A stretch of 64,000 nucleotides of DNA from Eledone cirrhosa. Its lineage: Eukaryota. A program made the position numbers and the translations under genes. The notes under the pieces were generated by a model that did not search any database, was not told the origin of the DNA, and worked only from the letters and a program-made list of their open reading frames with translations. The DNA lies in the NCBI GenBank assembly GCA_964016885.1, contig CAXHJY010000105.1:682001-746000 (forward strand), read 5' to 3'. Shown one piece after another: positions 1 to 10,975 of this stretch; the first letter of the stretch is position 1, and the number at the start of each line of letters is the position of its first letter.

Positions 1-1407
1 TGAAGGTTTTAAAGGATGCAGTGTCTCGACAGCTAACAACTGATGCAGGGAGTTTGTTCCATGGAGGTTTTAAAGGATGCAGTGTCTCGACAGCTAACAA
101 CTGATGCAGGGAGTTTGTTCCATGGAGGTTTTAAAGGATGCAGTGTCTCGACAGCTAACAACTGATGCAGGTAGTTTGTTCCATGGAGGTTTTAAAGGAT
201 GCAGTGTCTCGACAGCTAACAACTGATGCAGGGAGTTTGTTCCATGGAGGTTTTAAAGGATGCAATGTCTCGACAGCTAACAACTGATGCAGGGAGTTTG
301 TTCCATGGAGGTTTTAAAGGATGCAGTGTCTTGACAGCTAATAACTGATGTAGGGAGTTTGTTCCATGGAGGTTTTAAAGGATGCAGTCTCTGGACAGCT
401 AACAACTGATGCAGGGAGTTTGTTCCATGAAGGTTTTAAAGGATGCAGTGTCTCGACAGCTAACAACTGATGCAGGTAGTTTGTTCCATGGAGGTTTTAA
501 AGGATGCAGTGTCTCGACAGCTAACAACTGATGCAGGGAGTTTGTTCCATGGAGGTTTTAAAGGATGCAGTGTCTTGACAGCTAACAACTGATGCAGGGA
601 GTTTGTTCCATGGAGGTTTTAAAGGATGCAATGTCTCGACAGCTAACAACTGATGCAGGTAGTTTGTTCCATGGAGGTTTTAAAGGATGCAGTGTTTTGA
701 CAGCTAACAACTGATGCAGGTAGTTTGTTCCATGGAGGTTTTAAAGGATGCAGTGTCTCGACAGCTCACAACTGATGCAGGTAGTTTGTTCCATGAAGGT
801 TTTAAAGGATGCAGTGTCTCGACAGCTAACAACTGATGCAGGTAGTTTGTTCCATGGAGGTTTTAAAGGGATGCAGTGTCTCGACAGCTAATAACTGATG
901 CAGGTAGTTTGTTCCATGGAGGTTTTAAAGGATGCAGTGTCTCGACAGCTAATAACTGATGCAGGTAGTTTGTTCCATGGAGGTTTTAAAGGGATGCAGT
1001 GTCTCGACAGCTAATAACTGATGCAGGTAGTTTGTTCCATGGAGGTTTTAAAGGGATGCAGTGTCTCGACAGCTAATAACTGATGCAGGTAGTTTGTTCC
1101 ATGGAGGTTTTAAAGGATGCAGTGTCTCGACAGCTAACAACTGATGAAGGTAGTTTGTTCCATGGAGGTTTTAAAGGATGCAGTGTCTCGACAGCTAACA
1201 ACTGATGTAGGTAGTTTGTTCCATGGAGGTTTTAAAGGGTGCAGTGTCTTGGTAGCTAATAACTGATGCAGATAGTTTGTTCCATGGAGGTTTTAAAGGA
1301 TGCAGTGTCTCGACAGCTACCAACTGATGCAGGTAGTTTGTTCCATTGAGGTTTTAAAGGATGCAGTGTCTCGACAGCTAACAACTGATGCAGGTAGTCT
1401 GTTCCAT
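1..1407 (-). repeat. 61-bp tandem repeat (~23 copies, runs off the left edge) derived from the CR1 ORF2 C-terminus
   Basis: Unit ATGGAGGTTTTAAAGGATGCAGTGTCTCGACAGCTAACAACTGATGCAGG(G/T)AGTTTGTTCC has a 61-bp period (a few 62-bp units). The reverse complement translates WNKLPASVVSCRDTASFKTSM, continuous with the CR1 sequence at 1408+ (..FFTLRVAEVWN). Confidence 0.95.
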
Positions 1408-3090
1408 ACTTCAGCAACTCTGAGCGTGAAAAATTGTTTCCGAAAGTCATGGGAACTGTGCTGTTTTCAGACTTTGTGGGCATGCCCACATGTGTTAGAC
1501 ACATGGAAATCAAAAAGGTACTCAGGGTTGTTGTTGGCAAGATGGTAAATAATTTTGTGAGTGTTTACCAAGTCAGTTGCCAGACGTCGGAGCTTCAATG
1601 TATCCATGCCCAGGGAAGCAAGGCGTTCAGAGTATGGTAGATACCTGATGGAGGGTATTCACTTGGTTGCACGTCTCTGAACAGTTTCCAGGCGGTCAAT
1701 GTTCTGAACAAGATAGGGATTCCAGACTGGTGATGTAATTTCAAAGTGTGGACACACCATAGCTATGTACAGCTTTAAATAGATAGCTGGAGAGCGGCTG
1801 ACAAAGGTCTTGCTGAGTGATGCTAAGACACCCTAGGCCTTCTTGACAATTTTAGAGACGTGCTTCGTCCAACGCAAATCACTGCTGACCGTAAAGCCCA
1901 GGTCACGTTCACAAGAAGACTTCTTGATATTAGTGTTGTGGAGGGAGTATGTGGAAGCTGGGTTTTTACTCCCAAAATGCATGGTGGTGCTCTTGTCCAC
2001 AGCTAGCTTGTGTTGCCAGTCTGTGATCCATTGTTGCATTGTGTCCAGGTCAGACTGCAAGCAAGATCTATAGTGTTCAGGATCTGTCCTTTTTATCTCA
2101 AGGTACAGCTTGATGTCATCGGCGTACTTTAGTACTGTGGCATTCTTTAAGTTGGCATCTATGTCATTAATATATGCCACAAACAAAAGGGGGCCAAGAA
2201 CAGATCCCTGTGGTACACCAGATGACATCTCATAGGGTGAAGAATGCTGTCCTAGAACCGTGACTACCTCTTTTCGACTGAGAATGAAGGATTCAACCAG
2301 TTAAAAAGATCATCCTTCACACCCATTGCAGAGAGTTTTGCCTTAAGTCTTTTGTGTGGCACAGAATTGAAAGCTTTAGCAAAGTCAAGGTGATCCGGGC
2401 GATGTCTTCAAGAAACTCGATAAACTGATCACAGCAGCTGGAGTTAGGGATAAATCCAAATTGCAAGGGCCGGATAAGACTGTCAGAGTTCCAGAAGTTC
2501 TAAAGTGTTTCTCTGACACAGGATTCCATCAGTTTGGCAATGCAGCTAGTAAGACTGACTGGACGATAGTTGACAGGTGATGTGCAGTCACCCTTTTTGA
2601 ACAGAGGAATGACGCTGGCAGTTTTCCACTGTTCTGGAGTAGCACCGTTGTTCAGACAGAATTGGAAGAAGTGTGATAGCTGGTGCAGAAGGAAGTACCC
2701 ACCACGTTTAAGAAGCAGGTACGTAACACCATCAATACCAGGAGGCATGGTTGCGTTTATTTTTAAGGTGACGTCGCAGCATTGCAGGTGTAAATTCCAT
2801 AGTTGTAATAGAATCCGGTGTCATATGTGGTGGAGACGGTACAGTCTGGTCTTCAATAGTGAAAATGCCTGCATAGCATTCAGCAATGAGCTCTGCGCAT
2901 TCCTTGGGGTCGTCAGTAACCTGGCTTGTGTGGGGATTGTGAAGAGGACCAACTGGAGAGTGAGGCCTCTGCTTTGAGTGAACATACTTCCAGAACACCT
3001 TACTGTCAGGGCTGGTTGCTATGCGCTGCTCAAATTGAAGCACTGCCTTTTTTGTCACCTGTTTGAGGTGGTTGGACGATTTATTTCACC
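1340..3090 (-). pseudogene. CR1 ORF2 reverse transcriptase region, disrupted by frameshifts and stops
   Basis: Fragments PPGIDG..WKTASVIPLFKKGD..NYRPVSLTSCIAKLME (2500-2748), LDFAKAFNSVPH (~2355-2390), and SGVPQGSVLGPLLF..YADD..ERDLG (1833-2228) lie in different frames. Confidence 0.92.
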
Positions 3091-4038
3091 TCAGCCTATT
3101 GATATCTGATTTATGCAGTTTGTACTCACGTTCAGCATTACAAAGTTCTTTTCTGGCAAGACGCACTGCTGCAAGCTCCCAAATTGTACTTTTGGGATTT
3201 TTTTATGCTTACATGGCACCGATGCTGCACATGCTGTCCATATTGAGCTCAGGATGTTCTGGAGTACAGTGTTGACATCTCCAGAGTCGTAGAACTCAAG
3301 CCAGTTTGGATGTTGCAACTCGGTGCAGTAACAGTTCCAGTCTGCTTTATTCCAGTCAAAGTGAGCAGTTTGGAGATGGTTGTGGTTCTTGTTACTGCCC
3401 ATGAGGGATAGATTGGCAATGATCATAGCATGATCAGAGTCAGCTAAAGATTCCTCAGCAGTAACACTAATAATCGTTTCAGTAGTGGTGAAGAATAGGT
3501 CCAAAGTGTTGTCACCTCTTGTTGGGGAGGTGACTACTTGGGACCAGTTCAAGTCCAGCACTAGCTCAAGGAAGTCATTTGCATTTGGCGGCCAATGAAA
3601 GGTTTCCCAGTCAATCTCAGGGTGATTGAAGTCCCCTGCAATGAAAACATAAGTGGCTGTTTTCCTGGCAGCAACTCTGAGGATTTCACAAAGTTGAGTG
3701 TCCTGATGGTAATTTGGGAGACGGTAAACGACTCCAAGTAGCAGTGTTGACATGGTCATACGTATATCGCAGAAAAATACTTCCTGCTGCGATTGGTTCA
3801 AATAAACACAAGGAATTGCCGACAAATTTGACCGAACGTAAACCATGACACCACCACCACCACGATTAATGCGGTCTTTATGAAACAAGTTGTAGCCAGT
3901 TATGCTGAAAACCCCATCACAGAGTAAGGGATGTGCCCAAGTTTCCGTGACTATAATGAAGTCAGATTTGATACTTTTGACGTAGGAGTCAAAAAGATGA
4001 ATCTTATTGCATAGACTACGTGCATTCAAGGACAACAA
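3091..4038 (-). pseudogene. CR1 ORF2 apurinic-like endonuclease (APE) domain
   Basis: Motifs LNARSL.NK, VTETW, DR..RGGGGV, GVVYR, AGDFNHP, PTRGDNTLDL and SDH in ORF 3091-4038; frameshifted near ~3200. Confidence 0.93.
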
Positions 4039-4094
4039 TTTGTACCTTGATTCCAGTATATGATTATGTGCAGGGGATGGCAGGTTGTTCTGAT

Positions 4095-5279
4095 TTAGTT
4101 TCCCAGAGTTTTTTCAGTTTTTTTATTGTCAGTTGTTGTGGGTACAGTGTTTTCAGACCAGCTGGTATCTCTTTTCCATGTTTCACCAGCCTTAACAAAC
4201 TTCCATATCTGCCCATCATCACGTAGGCTGAAGCTTTCATGTTCTGCCGAGCTGCGGTTTAAGGAAGCTGCAGCACGCAGCTTTGGGCGGACATCAGGTG
4301 GAAGACCAGGGCGTGTTCGGAAATTAATCAGACTTTCACGCCTAGCTTTACCAGAGGCTACAAGGTATGAACGTGCCTCAGTTGAGTTCGAAAAAGACAG
4401 TCTAATTAGCCTGGATTTTGAACCTGGTCGGCCAAGACGTAGAGCACCTTTAGCGGGAGCACAGCCCAAGTCTTTGGATGAACTGGCAGCAAATGCCTGA
4501 AGATCAACTATGTCTTCTGGTACACCAATGGCAATCACTTCGTGGTTTGCAGATTCAGTGGCATTCTCAATGCGTCTAGGTTCGACAAAAGGTACACAGA
4601 GATTTTTTAACAAGGTACTCTGGTAAGATCCCTCATTGTGAGGTTCTACACAAACGCTTGATTTTATTCCCGCTATTTCTCGGCTTAAAGCGGAAATCAT
4701 TTGCCGTATTTCCTCAAACTCCGTATTGACGGTCGATTTTTGTTGTTCTTCTCCTTCAAAAGGCATGGTAGGGGAAGACACAGTCGTCGGTTGTTGTTGT
4801 TGATGATGATGAAGTCCTTCAACGGGGGTAGTAGCAGAAGCTACGGTCGTTGGTATTTTGGTTTTTGCTGTTGTTCAGGAACAATGGTAGAGAAAGACAC
4901 AATCTTCGGTTTTTGTTGTTGTTCAGCAGCAATGGTAGAAGCAGACATACAGGCCAGGCACTGAAAGGACCAATTTGTTAGCTGGACCATCTCCCAGAGC
5001 CCATCCATCATAGAAGTATGGTGTCTCATTCTCTGATCCGGAATGAAAGTTTGTGGCACATTGAAAGCAAACAGAAACACGACATTTGCCAGATACGATC
5101 CATCGATTTCGGAAGGAGTTCTCTGGTTCTGTACATAGATGACAGACGTGATTTTCTGGGCAATGATCTATTTTGGAACATCGCTCAGTTTTATTGCACA
5201 CTTCATCCATGGATGTCACAATAGTTATAGAGTCCTGTCTGTCCATCCGTACAGTAGAACAAGATGTAAATGTAAACAA
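4095..5279 (-). pseudogene. CR1 ORF1 remnant: N-terminal PHD-like zinc finger, coiled-coil segment and RRM-like C-terminal part
   Basis: CHLC..GKC....CFQC (ORF 4923-5279) is followed after a frameshift by WSFQCLAC (ORF 4841-5080). ORF 4095-4781 has a heptad segment EFEEIRQMISALSREIAGIK and 'VIAIGVPE..LRLGRP..RLIRLSF', typical of CR1/L2 ORF1. It sits immediately upstream of the APE. Confidence 0.7.
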
Positions 5280-5422
5280 ATAAATATGCTGCGTAAGTTT
5301 AGCACATTTGTTAACGAGATAAATTTTTGTTTATGTTTTGTTTTTGTATTTCTGTTTCTGTTTTCCTGTGTATTATGTGTGTGAGTATGCAACAAGATCT
5401 GCACACCAATATATAATTATAT

Positions 5423-8290
5423 ATATCATCATCATCATCATCAACGTTTAACGTCCGTGTTCCACGCTTGCATGGGTTTGGACGGGGGTAGTCCCACTTG
5501 AGGCAAGAGTGATTGTCTTGCTCGCATAGGACTGTCTGGCAGGTTTTCTACAGTTGGATGCCCTTCCTAACACCAACCACATTTACAGTGTGGGTCTGGG
5601 AGGTTTTTACTGTGTTGCCTACACGGCCACATTACAGCGTGGACTGTGTGTTTTTTTGTCGTGACACCTACACGATCTCATTTGTTTCGGCCTCGATGGC
5701 GCGGCACCAACATAACTTTACATAGAACGGGGTGGTGTGGATGGGGTAGGGGTGGGGGTGGTGGGATGGGGTGTATTTTGTTAGGGATGCCTACTGGCTG
5801 GAGTAGGTTTTACTATATATTTAGGTAAGGCGGGTCTTCTCTGTTACTGAGTACCGCCAAAGGTCTCGGTCCAGTGACATTGTCTTGGAGAGGTGTAAGT
5901 GTGTGATGTCGGAGTTTATCAGCTCGTCCCAGGTTTTTCTAGGTCTGCCTATTCCGTGACTACCGTCTATCTTTATTGCCCTGCACTTTGTTATACAGCT
6001 ATCGACTTTCATGCGCATCACGTGTCCATACCAACGTAGCCTTCTCTCGAGTAAACAACATCTGATCCCTCTTATCTCTAATTTTTTCCTTAGTTCGTTT
6101 ATGCTTTGCCGTTCACGTATATTACTGTTACACATCCAGCGGAGCATGCAAGCTTCGTTCCTCTCTAGTCTGCGTATATCCTCTGCACACAATGCCCAGG
6201 TCTCACTGCCATGCAGCATTGCTGTTCATATGCAGGCATCGTACAACCTGCCTTTCATTTTTAGTGAGAACCCTTTAGCAGCTAATAGTGGTATAAGCTC
6301 TCTGAACTTTTTCCAACCAGTTCTGACTCTAGCTACAGTACTTTCAGAGCACCCTCCCCCACTGCTGATTTTATCGCCCAGGTAACGGAAGCTGTCCACT
6401 ATTTCTATAGAACCCTCTGCGCAATTGAAAGAGGTAGTAGCTTGTGGGCACTTGCTGCTACTTATTGCACCAGAGCACCGGCCACATGTAAAATCTATGT
6501 TCTTAGTTAGCTTACCTGTGATCCCACTACATCTTTTATGCACCCATACTTTGCATTTAGGACATAAAATGGAGTTTCTACCTACGCCTTTCCTACACAC
6601 CGAGCACGACCATTTCCCAGAAGGGACCGCCGCCTTGTTTTCTTTCCTACAAACTAGTACTTTGGTCTTAGCCAGGTTAATTTTAAGTCCTTTTGACTCT
6701 AGGCCGTGCTTCCATGTTTGGAATTTCTTCTCTAGCTCGGCCATTGATTCCGCTATGAGTGTCAGGTCGTCTGCGTATAGGAGTTCCCATGGGCAGCCTG
6801 TCTTGAACTCCTCTGTTATAGCCTGAAGGGCAATAATAAATAGTAGTGGGCTGAGAACAGAGCCCTGATGGACGCCAACTTTTACGCTAAACTCTTCACT
6901 ATATTCGTTGTTAATTCTAACCTTGCTGACTGTTTCTTTATACATGGCTTGTATAGCCCTCACAAGCCATTCGTCAACGCCTAGTTTTCTAAGAGCCCAC
7001 CAGATAATGGAGCGGGGGACTCTGTCGAAGGCTTTCTCCAAGTCGACAAAAGCTAAGTAGAGGGGTTTACCTTTAGCTAGGTACTTCTCCTGTAGTTGTC
7101 GTACTATGAAAAGAGCGTCTGTGGTACTTTTGCCTGACACAAACCCGAACTGCATTTCATCTAGGTCAATTCTCTCTCTGATTAGTTGCGCTATTACTTT
7201 TTCCGTGACCTTCATGACCTGGTCGATTAATTTAATGCCTCTATAGTTACTCCTATCTAGGGCGTCTCCTTTACCCTTATAACAGTTAACGATGATGCTG
7301 CTATGCCAGTCCTTCGGAACAACCCCATTCTGTACGACTTGGTTAACTATGCGGGTGACCATGGTGTGTCCCACCGTGCCAGATGCCTTCAGCATCTCAG
7401 CAACTATTTCCGAAGGCCCAGCCGCCTTACCCGTCTTCATATCCTTGATTGCCTTACTTATTATACTCCCCTCGACTAACACTGCTGGTCCCTCTATTGG
7501 GTCGATATGGGGGAGACTGCCTTTCTCCCAATTATTCTCCTCATTTAGTAGCCTTTCATAGTGACACTGCCAAGCTACCTTCTTATCAGCGTCGGTGATG
7601 GCAAGTACACCATCATCATTAAGGACACACTTCTCCCTGACAATATCACTGTTTTCCTTGACGCATTGCCTAGCAATCCTGAACACCTCACGTTTTTGGT
7701 CATCGCGTTGTAGAACATGCTTGAACTTTCTTTCCTCAGCTTCCCTTCTTGCTAAGTACACTTGTCTCCTAGCTTCCCTCCTGGCCACTTGATAGTCCTC
7801 TCTACTTCCCCCATCCCGCCATACTTTCCAAGCCTGCTTTTTGGCCTTAATTGACCCCTCCACCTTACTGTTCCACCACCATGTTACTCTCCTCCTGCCT
7901 ACAGGCCTGCTCCAGCCACAGACTTCGTCTGTCGCCAACAGCAGGTTTGCTTTCAGAAATTCCCACTCTCCCTCTATATTGTCCGACTCTAAATGTTCTT
8001 CCTTACTGTCGAAAGCATCAAGTAATATGCTTTGAAATTTATTCCTGGCTGTGGGGTCCTTTAGCTTCCATATTTTCCTCCTGAGGATAGCCCTCTTCTG
8101 TTGTCGAGTACGTCTCGTCCTGACTATGAGGTCGCTAATTATCAGTCTATGTTGGGAGGTGCATTCTTCATGGGGGAGGGATTTAGTGTTTACAACAGAC
8201 ACTCTGTCACGTCTTCTGGTAAGGATATAATCTACCTGGCTTGTGTGTTCCCCGGATCTATAGGTGATCAAGTGATTGTCACGTTTTTTG
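5423..8290 (-). mobile_element. 5'-truncated RTE-clade LINE with (GAT)n tail
   Basis: The ORF begins in the APE C-terminus (TYRSG..QVDYIL..QHRL) and has full RT motifs. The 3'UTR spans 5443-5820 and (ATC)n lies at 5423-5442 on the plus strand. A weak possible TSD ATATATAAT occurs at 5409-5417 and 8291-8299. Confidence 0.92.
5821..8271 (-). pseudogene. RTE APE(C-term)-RT ORF with embedded PHD finger; single in-frame TGA at 6226-6228
   Basis: NYRGIKL, QFGF, AFVDLEKAFDRVPR, GVHQGSVLSPLLF, LLYADD, FRYLG. ORFs 6226-8271 and 5821-6219 are in the same frame (YDACI*TAMLHGSETW) and end RRLRWYGHVMR..GRPRKTW. Confidence 0.92.
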
Positions 8291-8744
8291 ATATATAATA
8301 ATTAAAATGTGTATGTGGGTTAGAAGCGAAGTCAATGTTCAGAAATATTTTACAAATGTACGTAAGATTGGCCAGTATAGTGTCTCACACAAAATAGTGT
8401 GGTTTCTTTTCACTTGTGTGTATATGTGTGTGGTATGTATCTGTATATAGATTTGTGTGTATATTGTTGTTTATAGGTTTTGTGAAGTACTTACTAAGGG
8501 ATGTAGTGATTTTTTTTTTCCCCATCCATGTCCACACGTGGTTTGTTGGTGAAAATCAAATCAAATATACTTCGTTAAAATAATTCTATGTTGAAGCTGG
8601 TATTAGTTGTCAGGGAACAGTCAAAGTATTTGTAATAATGAATATTGTAATCCTTCTGACTTGTTTAAAGGGCAGTTTTTGGTGAAAATATATTTTGTTT
8701 GGTCAAGACATGGTCAAACGTCTTTCCTTGTCGCCATTTTGGAT

Positions 8745-8840
8745 GTATAATATAGAGTGTATATATAGTATAGAGTGTATATAGAGTATAGAGTGTATAT
8801 ATAGAGTGTATAGTGTATATATAGAGTATAGAGTGTATAT
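8745..8840. repeat. Low-complexity TATAGAGTG/TA repeat
   Basis: Degenerate (TATAGAGTG)/(TA)n run visible directly. Confidence 0.85.
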
Positions 8841-9094
8841 TTAATGTTGTGACATCCCTGGTGCCAAGCTGTATCAGCCATTACATTTCCGACAACATGG
8901 AGAGGGGAGATGGTCTGCCACAAACAACCCTGCCCGGACTTGTGTCGCTGAGGAGATCTCTCTAGGTCCACATCCCATGGTCATTTCTGACTGAAGGGAG
9001 TCTTTTTTGTAGATGGTCAGTAAGTTCAGAGAAGCAAAGGACAATACAAAGAGGTGACAATGTATGAGAGTAGGGTGGGTGATTGGGGTGTGTT

Positions 9095-9165
9095 GGAGAG
9101 AGAGGGAGAGAGATGGAGAGAGAGATGGAAAGAGATATGGAGAGAGAGACAGAGATAGAGAGAGA
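9095..9165. repeat. Degenerate (GA)n microsatellite
   Basis: GAGAGAGGGAGAGAGATGGAGAG.. run. Confidence 0.85.
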
Positions 9166-9229
9166 AGTTTGAAGATTTACATGTTTACATTATCAAATAA
9201 TCTTTCTTGAAGTATGTAAAGAGTCTTAC

Positions 9230-9343
9230 CTCGAAAGTAAAATATTAGAGTGATAGCATTATTAAAGAAGTTTGGTTCTTGTATTGCTTGTGTTAGGACC
9301 GTCTTGAGAATAAGGTTCAGTTTTTGGGTACTGGACAGTTCTC
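9230..9343 (-). CDS. Internal coding exon (114 nt, phase 1-1) of host gene; MIF4G/HEAT-like helix
   Basis: Minus strand: ttgtaactttatttcAG|GAGAACTG...TTTCGAG|GTAAGA. Translates (R)ELSSTQKLNLILKTVLTQAIQEPNFFNNAITLIFYFR with no stop, and the phase matches exon 10139-10214. Confidence 0.8.
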
Positions 9344-9715
9344 CTGAAATAAAGTTACAACAATGAAACCTATATTATGTCAGATAAGATTCTTAAAAAA
9401 ATAACTACAAATATGTAAGGTTAAAATGATGTCATGTGAACCAGAAAATCCACTGAATTGGTTCTCTATGGAGTCACTCAATTTGCTAAAAATATCAGCA
9501 AAATCTCTCTCAAATCACACGTTACCATTTTTTTTTTTAAATATAACAAAATGGTTAGTAAAGTCCTAGATACATTCATCATCACTGTTCAACATCTATT
9601 TTCTTCCATGTTGTCACATTATGTGACCAGACAGACCAGGCGACCACGTCTTGCTCATATGTTCCATTTGGTTTTCTACTCATGGAACAATAAATTGGTA
9701 CCACAATAAATTCAC

Positions 9716-10053
9716 CCAGTCCACCCTCTAAGATGATTGTGCTGGTGCCACAAAACAAAGCTCCCAGTCCACCCTGTAAAGTGGTTGTGCTGGTGCCACA
9801 AAAGTTCCCAGTCCACCCTGTAAAGTGGTTGTGCTGGTGCCACAAAACAAAGCTCCCAGTCCACCCTGTAAAGTGGTTGTGCTGGTGCCACAAAACAAAG
9901 CTCCTAGTCCACCCTGTAAAGTGGTTGTGCCACAAAACAAAGCTCCCAGTCCACCCTGTAAAGTGGTTGTGCTGGTGCCACAAAACAAAGCTCCCCGTCC
10001 ACCCTGTAAAGTGGTTGTGCTGGTGCCACAAAACAAAGCTCCTAGTCCACCCT
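9716..10053 (+). repeat. 48-bp minisatellite (~7 copies) derived from an RTE/SINE 3'UTR module
   Basis: Unit CCCAGTCCACCCTGTAAAGTGGTTGTGCTGGTGCCACAAAACAAAGCT with some shortened copies. It resembles CTGTAAAGTGGTCGTGGAGGTGCCACGGCAAAAAAGCACCCAG at 11519-11561. Confidence 0.9.
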
Positions 10054-10138
10054 AATGGTGAAGATTGCTATATTGACTAATGTGAAACGAACCCAACAAT
10101 TTCTCTAATGTGATGGAGTAAAATATGAGAAGACTTAC

Positions 10139-10214
10139 TGAAGTCCAAGAACAGCTGGTCCATTTCCCAGTATAACTGCGGCCAATGGACATTGGAATGG
10201 GCTGAAGGAAGGAC
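10139..10214 (-). CDS. Internal coding exon (76 nt, phase 0-1) of host gene
   Basis: Minus strand: ttttctgtaacttcAG|GTCCTT...GACTTCA|GTAAGT. Translates VLPSAHSNVHWPQLYWEMDQLFLDF+a and is phase-compatible with both neighbouring exons. Confidence 0.8.
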
Positions 10215-10453
10215 CTGAAGTTACAGAAAATAAAGTTAACACTAGAAAATGAAACATATATTAAAAACAATTAACAATTTCGAGCAAGATCCCGGTGAAC
10301 CACGGGAGCTTCGTCAGTTGGTAGGGTTGATTCAACATATCTCCCACATCCTCTGGAGTAACACCTCTTTATTCTGTCCACTGGGACCATGAGGTAGCAT
10401 GCCACTAGGGTCCTGCACATTGGACAGTAGTCTCACATATTGTCCAGACATCA

Positions 10454-10901
10454 TTGTGGTGGTGGAGGTGGTATGGTGGTGATGGTGGTGGTGGTGATGG
10501 TAGTGGTGGTGGTGGTGGTGATGGTGGTGGTGATAGTGGTGGTGGTGGTGGTGATAGTGGTAGTAGTAGTAGTATTAGTAGTAATGGCAGTAGTAGTGGT
10601 GGTGGTAGTAGTCGTGGTGGTGGTAGTAGTAGTAATAGTAGTATTAGTGGTGGTGGTGGTGGTAGTAGAGGTGGTGGTGGTGGTAGTAGAGGTGGTGGTG
10701 GTGGTAGTAGAAGTAGTGGTGGTTGTAGTAGTGGTAGTAATGGCAGTAGTAGTAGTGGTGGTGGTGGTGGTAGTAGTAGTAGTAATGGCAGTAGTAGTAG
10801 TAGTGGTAGTAGTAGTAGTGGCAGTAGTAGTAGTGGTGGTAGTAGTAGTAGTGGTGGTGGTAGTGGTAGTAGTAGTGGTGGTAGTAGTAGTGGTAGTAGT
10901 G

Positions 10902-10966
<65 letters not shown>

Positions 10967-10975
10967 AGTGGTGGT
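10454..10975. repeat. Compound (GGT)n/(AGT)n trinucleotide microsatellite, intronic
   Basis: About 520 bp of interspersed GGT and AGT triplets, with a pure (AGT)n run near 10905-10960. Confidence 0.95.

Larger units (their letters stand above)
1340..5407 (-). mobile_element. Near full-length, degenerate CR1-clade non-LTR retrotransposon (5'UTR, ORF1, APE-RT ORF2)
   Basis: Order on the minus strand: A/C-rich 5'UTR (~5280-5407), Cys-rich ORF1 pieces, APE endonuclease, RT motifs, then the CR1-type C-terminus (T.GH..K......FRKQFFTLRVAEVWN.LP). Frameshifts and stops are frequent. Confidence 0.9.

Noticed and set aside
1300-8298. Plus-strand ORFs overlapping the LINEs
   Set aside because: They are antisense shadows of LINE coding sequence with no recognisable motifs.
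8300-9200. Next downstream exon of the host gene; ORF 8714-8971
   Set aside because: No convincing phase-1 acceptor/donor pair was found, and the ORF runs into a TA-rich repeat.
9582-10080. Repetitive ORFs on both strands
   Set aside because: These are artefacts of the 48-bp (triplet-length) minisatellite.
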